In this document: one piece after another, positions 12,874-24,400 of the stretch
Position numbering within the stretch: the first letter of the stretch is position 1
How the letters are laid out: each line of letters begins with the position of its first letter
Assembly (NCBI GenBank): GCA_051362555.1
Contig: CM120647.1
Location: 4,216,001 to 4,280,000 of the forward strand
DNA: 64,000 bases
Source of the DNA: Lingula anatina
Taxonomy: Eukaryota > Animalia > Brachiopoda
Direction of reading: 5' to 3'
Notes under the pieces: model-generated
Database searches by the model: none
Seen by the model: only the letters and a program-made list of their open reading frames with translations
What the model was told of the DNA's origin: nothing
Program-made: the position numbers and the translations under genes

Positions 12874-12945
12874 AGGTTCTACCGAGATTTGAACTCGGAT
12901 CGCTGGATTCAAAGTCTAGAGTGCTAACCATTACACCATAGAACC
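12874..12945 (-). tRNA. trnQ: tRNA-Gln(TTG) with an A-C mismatch in the anticodon stem
   Basis: Identical to 2711-2782 except CTAGA instead of CTGGA on the 5' side of the anticodon stem. T-rich terminator downstream. Confidence 0.9.
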
Positions 12946-13536
12946 AAACACATTATCTTACTGATAATACTAAACTGAAAACAAAATGCTGCTTACTATA
13001 GTTTGATTTTATTTTCTATGACAATTAAAAAAAAACTTAGTGCAGCTGCCACTCGCCCCATATGCTAAACTTGATATTTCCGTCTAACCCTAACCTGTGT
13101 TTATCAAATAGATTCTTCGAGGACTACTGTTCGTTTCACACTGTCTACAGCTTCCCTGAGATCAGCAGATACATAATTAATTATCCATAAAAGTATTCGC
13201 AAATACAAATTGATACTACGTTTGTTCCTTTAAGTTGAAAAAAGTTAAAGACACCAAGGTAATCCACTATATGATCATGTGATCATGAAAAAATGTTTCT
13301 TCATTTTCTTTATATTATGCTTGTATAAAATAGTATTAATTCGTCAACGTAATAAGTCAACTCCTATTCGACACCAAACGTTTTAATATGACGCAAAACG
13401 TCAGCTTAAGTAACAATGAAATTACGTCATAAGTGCGAGATTATCACGGATTCGTTGTCATGACGTTAGATTATATCTAATTTTCACACTGAACAGTGTG
13501 TTCGACACTAAGAAGTTATCAGTAAAGAAAAAAGAA

Positions 13537-15636
13537 ATGTATCGTATCAATAGATTTCAAGCGCTAGATTTTCGGATAAAAAGGTCTACGTATCTGGTAA
13601 GTTTTTAGAATTTCTTGAACTCTGATTCGTTTTTTTTTTTTTTTCTTTTCGTTCACAAGTACGCTTGTGTGTATGTGTTTGTGTGTGTGTGTGTTGTATA
13701 ATGATAAATTATATACACAAATCTTATCACCTCTACGTGCAAAAAAGCGAGTGCATTTCCAATATATTACAGCGGATTAGTATTTATTTAAAATGCCCGT
13801 ATTAAAGAAAATCCTAAGGACAATAAATGCAACTATTTGACAGAAGAAAACATGAAATTATCAATTAAAGAAACATTTTAGGTTGTGAATCGAACTTTTT
13901 AATTCACAATTTCGGATTCTTTTGGTATCTGTATGTCATTATAAAATAGATGACACAATCGAATACACTAGGTCTTGCACTTATATTTGTTCTACATGTA
14001 AGTCTATACATATATCACTTTGTTGTTTTTCTCAGGGACAAAATACCACTTGGGGAGATGTTAAACGCGGCATGATCAACTTGCTCTTTTTCGGGAAGTG
14101 CACCACTCACAACACGATATTAACAGCGAACCACGAGGGCACAGTTATCGCACTGACTGAAGCAAGTCCAGAAAAGCGGGAATCGGTGCGCACATTTAAA
14201 TTTCCGGGGAGCGTTGGGGAAGTGAAAGTATCAGTTGACAGCGCATGTGTCCTGAACAATGAAAAAAGAAAAGAGGTTCGACCTGATTTAAAACCCGACT
14301 TGGTGAGTATACACTGACACACACACACTCCTTTCCCCCTTACTCCTAATAAAAATACTCCTCTTGTTTTCAAAAATTCATTCCCACGCCTTCTCCAAAT
14401 CTTCTCCAAGCAATGAACTACGCTAGTCATTATTGATGAATTTTTATTGAGTTAAAATATTGTTCTATTTCAGGGTCAGTTAATATCCTGTAAAGCGTCC
14501 GACATTCTACTGGACAAGACCAAGGACGGTCAACCTTTTAAGCTGGGCAGCGGCTCGTTCGGGGCGGCTTATAGGGGCGTCCACGTTCCTTCGGGCAACC
14601 GCGTGGCGGTGAAATTCTTCCAAAGCGGCGCCATCACCAGGCAAAGAATCCTCACCGAAGCTGCGGTGTTGCAGTATGTCGACGGGTCGAGGCTGGCCCC
14701 TAAGTTCTACGGAGTGGCGGTCTACGAGAGTGATCAAATTCCCGAGGCTAAAACCGGCGGGTTTAGGCCTACGTCCCTGGCGGTGGTGACGGAGTACGTG
14801 AGCGTCCGGGAAAATAGCCGCATCTCTTTCACGTATGCCGACTTCACGAAATTCAACAGCTCCCGACGTAACCTGACCACTGTTGACTGGCTTGGGTTTG
14901 GTGTTGAGTTGGCAGAAGGCTTGCAGGAAATCCATAATGTGAGTGATTGTCTTCGATCATTTCAAAACTTACTCTCAATTGAACAACAAAAAATTTAAAA
15001 AGATAAAACCATTCGCCCATATCAATGTGTTTTTGGCTAGGTTTTAGAAACCGTAATTTTATCATCAAATAAAATTTTATGATTTTTAGAAACATACAAT
15101 ACGCCTATAATACTGTAGGCCTAAAATGAATAAATAAATAGAGATGGATATAAAATTTATTTCACCATGATAAGATTTTTACAAATCTTATTAAATAATT
15201 TCAGATGGGGCTCGGCATTTTCGATATCAAGCAAGACAATATCATGGTACGGCGTGACGGCAAGGGGAGAATTCACCCTCGCATCGTGGACTTTGGGGCG
15301 GCGCTTTATCTGAACGACGACAAACCCTATTTCCCACCAGAGACATTCTCTGTGGAGAGACTGCGAGAGCTTCGCCCGAAGTGCTCCCAGCTAGCTCCCG
15401 AGGTCTTCCATTTTGCTTCGCGCTCGGCAGCATTAGACATCTACGGCCTCGGCTACGTCTTGAAAGATTTGGCGAGGTATGTCAATATTTGGGGGTTGAG
15501 CGAGTTAGCGGCACGCTGCATGGCAGACGATGCAACACGGAGGCCATGTTTACGTGACGTCATTGGTCAGCTGAAGACACTGCTAAAGGAGGAACTGCAG
15601 CACGAGCTGACGGCGTCACAACGTTGGGCTGCTTAA
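13537..15636 (+). CDS. Divergent Ser/Thr-type protein kinase, 407 aa, catalytic loop IFDIKQDN (non-HRD)
   Basis: Exons 13537-13596, 14036-14302, 14474-14938, 15205-15636; all GT-AG, phase 0, 1224 nt. Motifs present: LGSGSFGAAY (Gly loop), VAVK, alphaC Glu (ILTEAAVL), D-x-K-x-x-N, DFG, APE, DIYGLG, RRP. Exon 1 is supported by its conserved paralog at 2198. Confidence 0.88.
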
Positions 15637-17384
15637 TGACAACGACTCTCACGAACAATTTCTCAGTCTCTCTTGTTTGATTTGTTCGTAGCGATGAGGC
15701 GACAGTAGTAAACATGTCAATAATGAAATTTTCTTTTCACACCGCATAAAGAAGCATTCTGTAGTTTTTTTTTAGGCTCTACATGTTGGCCTTCTCGTTG
15801 TTAGATCTCCGCTTTGATGTATTCATGTCCTTGATTAGTAGTTAAAACTTTTTTCTATGATTTTTTTTTTTTTTTTGATGACCTGACCACCGTTGTCAAG
15901 TACAGATCTAGTTCAAGTGGTGAACGTTCATATTTAGCCGTGAGAAGATGACTTGCTTTACGCTTGACTTATGTAAGATACACTCGAGGAGGCACAGCAA
16001 ATGTGTCTGAGAATGTGCAGTTCTCCTTTCACGTTTAATGCAAGTGCCTTAGGCCTACGCTAGCTAGAAGGAAGTGAAATGTAAAGCATATCGAATTAAT
16101 ACTAAATCAGTATTGTGTCCACGGCAATTCTTGCTTTTGTCTACAAATCAATAAGCATAAATGTTGGTTAAAAGGATTCGAAATACCAAGTATTAATCAT
16201 GTTTCCGACTAAAAAAATGCTCTGTCGTTTAAAACGTAATATTTACGTGAAATACTCACTTTTTATTACTGCACTGATATTACTCGGAAACGTATTACAG
16301 TTATATTAATTGTATATAATTAATTGTATATAAAAAACTCTGACTGCAAAAAAAAAGAAAAAAAAACTGAATAAACACATATGCCTTTGAAGTGAACCAA
16401 AATTATATGTATTTCTCAAACAAAACTGATTTTACTCGGAATGTTTAACTTGAATCTTAAGGAAAATAAGCAATTAAAAATTTGCGACCTACAGTTTGAA
16501 GAAGGTGCAGTTTAAAACCCCCTTTTTTTCTTTTGCTTTAGAGGTAAATTTCGGTCGATCTTCTGCGTGTTAATTTTATTAGCGTTGTGAAGAAACCGGT
16601 TTATATAATTTATAACCGATACTTTTGCTCTTGCTTCTTATCAATATGCATCGTTAAAGCATGGTATTCTTGTTTTTTTTATTGGGACTATGCCTTCGGT
16701 TGACATATCTTTACGTACCCATTTATTTAATTGAAATTCAAGGGAATTATTTTTAGGGCGTGGAAGCAAAAATTACTCTGCACGTGTAGCGCAGCCAGGA
16801 GCAAACATTGACAAGAAACAAAACGAATAATCATATTAATTAAATAATATTTAATGGCCTTATTTAATAGTTCATATTCAAATAAATACTTGTTATGATA
16901 AACAGTACAACTGAAACCCAATAAAAATTCTGAAAATCATATATGAACTTATGTGAAACGAAATGCATCATTTTTTTTACTACATACAGTGTGAATAATG
17001 ATCAATTTAATATATTTTAACACATCCTTTCTAAGAGCTGCAGTCTAAAAATTTACCAGACTTTGGAGAAAAAATGCCATTTTTACCCCTTTGGTATGTA
17101 TCAAAACTCCCGTTCCATGCTGCACTTTCAACACTTTCAACATACTCTATATGTAGTGGTTTAGCATTTATTTAAACCATTATACGGTGAAAAAGTTTTT
17201 TTTCAAAGTCTTTTGTAAGATGAAAGTGACAAGTAAATCACTTCTAAAGAGGACAAAAACTGTCCATATTACTGAAGCATGATGCTACAAACCTTCATCA
17301 AAAGGGATTTGACTGCATGACTGACTCCTAAATGTGAAGGATTAAAACATACTCATCCATATAGAAACATGTCTTGTCCCTTAA

Positions 17385-17639
17385 CCCCTGCGAAAATTTG
17401 TCTCATTTATCATTAACTTATGGTTCTCAATCTATTCTTGAACATTTGGTGCATTTTTTTTTACAGTACTTATGTTGTTCTGTTAGAAATGTAACAGTTC
17501 GAGAACTGTTTTTGGAAAGTCCTTCAGAATGTCCTAGAGCAGATTAAGAACATTTGTCATTAAAAGAGAAAAAACATCATGTTTTAGGGCAGATTGAGAA
17601 CCGTAAGTGAACATTAAATGAGACAAATTTTTGTAGGGG
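17385..17639. mobile_element. MITE with ~50-bp imperfect TIRs in the probable RIOK3 3' UTR
   Basis: CCCCTGCGAAAATTTGTCTCATTTA...GGTTCTCAATCT is inverted with AGATTGAGAACC...TAAATGAGACAAATTTTTGTAGGGG. Confidence 0.75.
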
Positions 17640-17754
17640 AAGAAGCAATTGACTTGTTACCATCACTTTTGGGAAAGTTTTTTGAATAAGCCTTTAGTTC
17701 CTAATCACAGAAAGCACCTGAAAACTTTGTTGGCATTTATGCCATCAAATCAAC

Positions 17755-18430
17755 TTAGATTTTATCAATGTCAATTTCTTTCTTGTCTTTACTCTCCTGC
17801 TCTTTGTTGGCTCTTTCCTGGACAGACCGATTGAAGAAGAAGTCGAAGGCGTAATCTTTTCTTGACATACCGCTACGGAGAAATTCTTCCTGTTTTTCAT
17901 ACTCTTGGATCTGAAGAGTAAAATAAAACTATTAAGTTGGGTGAAATGTCTTATCTATGAGTCAACATTATTTTGCGCTTTCCAATGATATTCCACCGTA
18001 AAAAAAAACAATGGATAAAGAAAACAAAAATTCGAAATCTTTCATGTTTAAGGTTGTAGAAAAGGTTTAAGGTAAGTTACCACTAAAAATAAGAAAATTG
18101 TTATGCTATCTGTAATACATTTATGAAAGTAGATGCCTTTATGAGCCGACTCTCTCCTTCTCTCTCAAACTATCTCTTTATTTCTCTCTCCCTGAGGTAA
18201 CTCTCTCTTCCTCCTTTTCTCTCTCATACACACGATACCTGAACACTCTCTTTTTTCCCTCTCTCTCTCACCTGAGCTAACTCTCTTCCCCCCATCTCTC
18301 TCTCTCTCTCACCTGAGCTAACTCTCCCCCCATCTCTCTCTCTCTCTCTCTCACCTGAGCTAACACTCTTCCCTCCCCCATCTCTCTCTCTCTCTCTCTC
18401 TCTTACTTGAGCTTACTCTCTTCCCCTCCC

Positions 18431-18472
<42 letters not shown>

Positions 18473-18671
18473 TAAGCTAACCCCCTCTCTCTCTCTCTCT
18501 CTCTCTCACCTGAGCTAACACTCTTCCCCCCATATCTCTCTCTCTCTCTCTCTCTCTCACCTGAGCTAACACTCTTCCCCCATATCTCTCTCTCTCACCT
18601 GAGCTAACACTCTTTCCCCCCATATCTCTCTCTCTCTCTCTCTCTCTCTCACCTGAGCTAACACTCTTCCC

Positions 18672-18721
<50 letters not shown>

Positions 18722-18743
18722 TGAGCTAACACTCTTCCCCCCA

Positions 18744-18780
<37 letters not shown>

Positions 18781-18799
18781 TGAGCTAACACTCTTCCCC

Positions 18800-18833
<34 letters not shown>

Positions 18834-18947
18834 TGAGCTAACACTCTTCCCCCATCTCTCTCTCTCTCTCTCTCTCACCTGAGCTAACTCTCCCCCATCT
18901 CTCTCTCTCTCTCTCTCTCTCACCTGAGCTAACACTCTTCCCCTCCC

Positions 18948-18985
<38 letters not shown>

Positions 18986-19075
18986 TGAGCTAACACTCTT
19001 CCCCTCCCCCATCTCTCTCTCTCACTCTCTCTCTCTCTCTCTCTCTCTCACCTGAGCTAACACTCTTCCCCTCCC

Positions 19076-19111
<36 letters not shown>

Positions 19112-19245
19112 TGAGCTAACACTTTTCCCCTCCCCCATCTCTCTCTCTCTCTCTCTCTCTCACCTGAGCTAACACTCTTCCCCTCCCCCATCTCTCTCTC
19201 TCTCTCTCCCTCTCTCTCTCATCTGAGCTAACACTTTCCCCTCCC

Positions 19246-19279
<34 letters not shown>

Positions 19280-19303
19280 TAAGCTAACTGTCTTCCCCTC
19301 CCC

Positions 19304-19339
<36 letters not shown>

Positions 19340-19362
19340 TGAGCTAACACTCTTCTCCTCCC

Positions 19363-19410
<48 letters not shown>

Positions 19411-19484
19411 TGAGCTAACACTCTTCTCCTCCCCCCATCTCTCTCTCTCTCTCTCTCACCTGAGCTAACACTCTTCCCCTCCCC

Positions 19485-19528
<44 letters not shown>

Positions 19529-19551
19529 TGAGCTAACACTCTTCCCCTCCC

Positions 19552-19591
<40 letters not shown>

Positions 19592-19614
19592 TGAGCTAAC
19601 ACTCTTCCCCTCCC

Positions 19615-19664
<50 letters not shown>

Positions 19665-19793
19665 TGAGCTAACACTTTTCCCCTCCCCCATCTCTCTCTC
19701 TCTCTCTCTCTCACCTGAGCTAACACTCTTCCCCTCCCCCATCTCTCTCTCTCTCTCTCTCTCTCTCATCTGAGCTAACACTTTTCCCCTCCC

Positions 19794-19839
<46 letters not shown>

Positions 19840-20070
19840 TGAGCTAACTGTCTTCCCCTCCCCCCATCTCTCTCTCTCTCTCTCTCTCACCTGAGCTAAC
19901 ACTCTTCTCCTCCCCCCATCTCTCTCTCTCTCTCTCACCTGAGCTAACACTCTTCCCCTCCCCCATCTCTCTCTCTCTCTCTCTCTCTCATCTGAGCTAA
20001 CACTTTTCCCCTCCCCCATCTCTCTCTCTCTCTCTCTCTCTCTCACCTGAGCTAACACTCTTCCCCTCCC

Positions 20071-20106
<36 letters not shown>

Positions 20107-20179
20107 TGAGCTAACACTTTTCCCCTCCCCCATCTCTCTCTCTCTCTCTCTCTCACCTGAGCTAACTGTCTTCCCCCCC

Positions 20180-20213
<34 letters not shown>

Positions 20214-20283
20214 TGAGCTAACACTCTTCTCCTCCCCCCATCTCTCTCTCTCTCTCTCACCTGAGCTAACACTCTTCTCCTCC

Positions 20284-20325
<42 letters not shown>

Positions 20326-20351
20326 TGAGCTAAGAACTCTCTCCCCTCTCC

Positions 20352-20387
<36 letters not shown>

Positions 20388-20724
20388 TGAGCTAAGAACT
20401 CTCTCCCCTCTCCTCATCTCTCTCTCTCTCTCTCTCTTACCTGAGCTAAGAACTCTCTCCCCTCTCCTCATCTCTCTCTCTCTCTCTCTTACCTGAGCTA
20501 AGAACTCTCTCCCCTCTCCTCATCTCTCTCTCTCTTACCTGAGCTAAGAACTCTCTCCCCTCTCCTCATCTCTCTCTCTCTCTCTCTTACCTGAGCTAAG
20601 AACTCTCTCCCCTCTCCTCATCTCTCTCTCTCTCTCTCTTACCTGAGCTAAGAACTCTCTCCCCTCTCCTCATCTCTCTCTCTCTCTCTCTTACCTGAGC
20701 TAAGAACTCTCTCCCCTCTCCCCA

Positions 20725-20770
<46 letters not shown>

Positions 20771-20801
20771 TCACCTGAGCTAAGAACTCTCTCCCCTCTC
20801 C

Positions 20802-20870
<69 letters not shown>

Positions 20871-20899
20871 ACCTGAGCTAAGAACTCTCTCCCCTCTCC

Positions 20900-20935
<36 letters not shown>

Positions 20936-21019
20936 TGAGCTAAGAACTCTCTCCCCTCTCCCCATCTCTCTCTCTCTCTCTCTTTCTCTCACCTGAGCTA
21001 AGAACTCTCTCCCCTCTCC

Positions 21020-21073
<54 letters not shown>

Positions 21074-21431
21074 TGAGCTAAGAACTCTCTCCCCTCTCCC
21101 CATCTCTCTCTCTCTCTCTCTCTCTTTCTCTCACCTGAGCTAAGAACTCTCTCCCCTCTCCTGTCAGTCTGAGCCCTGTGATGTCATTAAACAGCTGATG
21201 CTGGTCCAAAACATCAGGAACTCCCTGTTTGGTGAAGAACTGGAAAAGAACGATTTAAGCAGTAAAATAAAACTTCTCAAAATAGCTGAACATTTCCTGA
21301 AAGAAAAAAAATCTGCCATGCATTCTAAGGGAAAATGACATTCAATGCTACACAGAGAACAATAAATCATCAAGTTATGAAACTGTAAAACAACAACAAC
21401 AAAAAAAATTAAGTCCACATATTAAAAGAAA

Positions 21432-21463
<32 letters not shown>

Positions 21464-24400
21464 GGGAGAATAATTCCCCTACCTGTGTTACATTGCCGCA
21501 GTCTCTAAGCAGGAACTCATGTGCATGTGGATGTTGCACATCTACGGACTGGCTGACATCGATGAACCAAATGCTGCCATTATGCCACAAGATATTGTAT
21601 TCACTGAGATCAGCATGGACCAAACCACAGTCCTTGAACATAGTCTTCATAGCCTGAAATAAGATATTGTATTCACTGAAATCAAACCACAGTCCTTGAA
21701 CATAGTCTTCATAGCCTGAAATAAGATATTGTATTCACTGAGATCAAACCACAGTCTCTGAACATAGTCTTCATAGCCTGAAATAAGATATTGTATTGAA
21801 ACAAAATCTACTGAGAGGAGTGGACTCCCCTCTGTGATGTGTTCCAACAATTAAGTCGTCAGTTAATAGGACTATGCACATATTGATGTAGAGAATCAGA
21901 AAAATAGCAAAGAAATCAGTCAGCACTGTTTAGAATATACAGAATTCATCTCAGCTGTAATAATAGTAATACAGTTATGAGTGAAGTAAAAAGTTCAAAG
22001 TAGCACGATAGTAATGAAATTACAGATTGCTTTGAGGGTGAGTATTGGAGGAAATTCCTTGTTGCATCTAACACATCTACCCCCCTTGTATTTTGTCCAT
22101 TAGGTATGCATCATATAAAATATTACATATTGTGCATATATGTATTTCCCAAAACATAAACATGTAACATATGCATTTTCCAATGCAAAAACATCTGTAC
22201 TTTACACTAGTGCACTTTGCACTATGCACTCACCTCTACACACTGTGCATATGCATTTTGCAGCTGCTCTGCAGACAGATGAGCCTCCTTTAACTTGGGT
22301 GCTGGCACTCGATTGTGCCCAACAAACGACATCACCAATACGTGCTTTCGCATCAAAATTGGCTCAGGGCAATGCAGACCAAACTTTCGCATTCTGAAAA
22401 GAAGTTTTTAAAGATACTTTAAGTTCATTTTTAAGTAAGATTATATTTAATTTATCAATAGTACTATGTATTGTTGACTTTTTTTAAGTTTCAAATTGTA
22501 TTGTGCACATAGCTGTAAAATTTCACTGAAATGCATATATTTTAATACATTCTATAAGAAAAAAAAATAGCAAAAGTAACTATTACCTTGAGAGGTTGAC
22601 TAACTCCTTTTCTGTCCACATTTTGATGATTTTCCGAGGATTCTGCTTCTTGAACTCATCCTTTGCGAACCTAAACACAACAAAGAAAACACTAAAACTA
22701 AATCTCAGCTTTCAAATAAAATAACTCAAATAAGGACTGGATTGAAGAGCTGTATGGAATGTGACACATACTGCACACAATCTGAATGTATGGTAACAGT
22801 CTTAACTTAAACCTTATGTGAACTGGCCCTCTGACATAGTACAATCTGTTAGAATCATTATCATTATTACTATAATTATAGTATTGCAGTGTATTTCACT
22901 GTATTGTAATTGTACTGTATTGCACTGAGTAGCTTAGTATTGTATATAGCATAGCATAGCATAGCATAGCATAGCATAATATTATATTATTATAATTATT
23001 ATCATGTCATATTATATTATTATGATATCATATAATGTTATGGCATACCTGAAATCCCCCCTGATATATTTTTCCCTTGTTTTAAACTCATTGAGAGTGG
23101 TCTTAAACACTTTAATGGCACACTCTGTGGGCATTGTTCTATCTGGAAGGCTGAAAAGAAATAATTCAACAGACATAGAGTATACCCAGTGATAATATAA
23201 ATGTATACACATTAATATGTGCTTATAAATTACATTGCTAATCTTGTATTGTGTAAACATTTGCTTAAACATTAAAATTTTAGAAGAAAAGTGATGAACA
23301 TAACACTGTGCCACTTAGGACTCAATGAAATATCATATTGGTCATCATTTTTATAATCCAATAATTTTTATAAATCTGTAATCTAATTGTAAGATTGTAT
23401 AATGATCACAGTACTGAGAAATCAAGCATGCCAAAAACCAATGATGAGAGAGAGTGAAAGGAAGAATGAAAGGAAGAAGGAGAGAGAGGGAATGAGAAAC
23501 AGAGAGAGAGAGAGAGAGGGGGAGAGAGAGAAGGAGAGAGAATGGGAGAGAGAGAGAGATAGAGACAAACCTGCCACCATCAGCATGGAAGACGACGGAC
23601 TCCTTGCCTGTACTGACCACCCCCGTGACGTTATCCAGTATCCCAGCATTCACCAGTTTGTACAGGATCAGGCGGGTCTTCGGATCAACAGCTTGTTGCT
23701 GAAAATTTCAAAATTAATACTGTTATCTATCTAAATCAACAACTGGAATATTATTACTTTTTCTGTAGGTGCCATAGGTTTTAATTACTCCAGAAATAGT
23801 TCGTAACCTACTATCGAAGTGCCCATTTAGTTCTTAAAGGCGAAATTCTTATGTTCAGAAAACAACATTTTTTTTTGAAATTTTTACAAAATTTGCTTTA
23901 TACAGTACCCATATTCATTAACAGAATAAAAATTACAACTTGTTTTTGAGGTTTTAATTTCTAGATTTTTGACAGGCTCTAATTCTGGAGACAGAAACTA
24001 GGGAATTTCATTAAGATAATCAACTATCACACATAAATAATGTCTTGATTTCTTTTATTGAACTTACAAAAATTCTTAACTTTTTTCACACATCTCAAGT
24101 ATCTCTGCATACTTACTGCCGTAGAGTGTTCTTTCTTCTCGTGAAGACGCTGACTTTTCTTGTTTTCTGACACAGAGTGCTGCTTCAGTTTGTTAAAGAC
24201 ATGATTTGGAAGCTTAAGGTCCATTCCCTTGCCATCACCAGTCTCAAATTCTGGGGGAAACTATTAAGAGACAAGAAAGAGATCACAATAATAAATACCT
24301 GTGAGCCTATTTACTTTACTAGTAACGATATCTGCAATGTAACTTATATGAACAGGTATTGTCCTAAGTAACAATTTGAAGAATTTCAATTTGATTTTCG

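Noticed and set aside
14507-14935. 142-aa antisense ORF
   Set aside because: Shadow of GC-rich kinase exon 3.
18726-21103. Many ORFs rich in ERERER / LAQVRE
   Set aside because: Translations of the minisatellite, not independent genes.
18190-21134. Repeat-spacer periodicity resembling a CRISPR array
   Set aside because: Spacers are (GA)n runs rather than unique sequence, the repeat derives from a RIOK3 exon end, the context is eukaryotic, and there are no cas genes.
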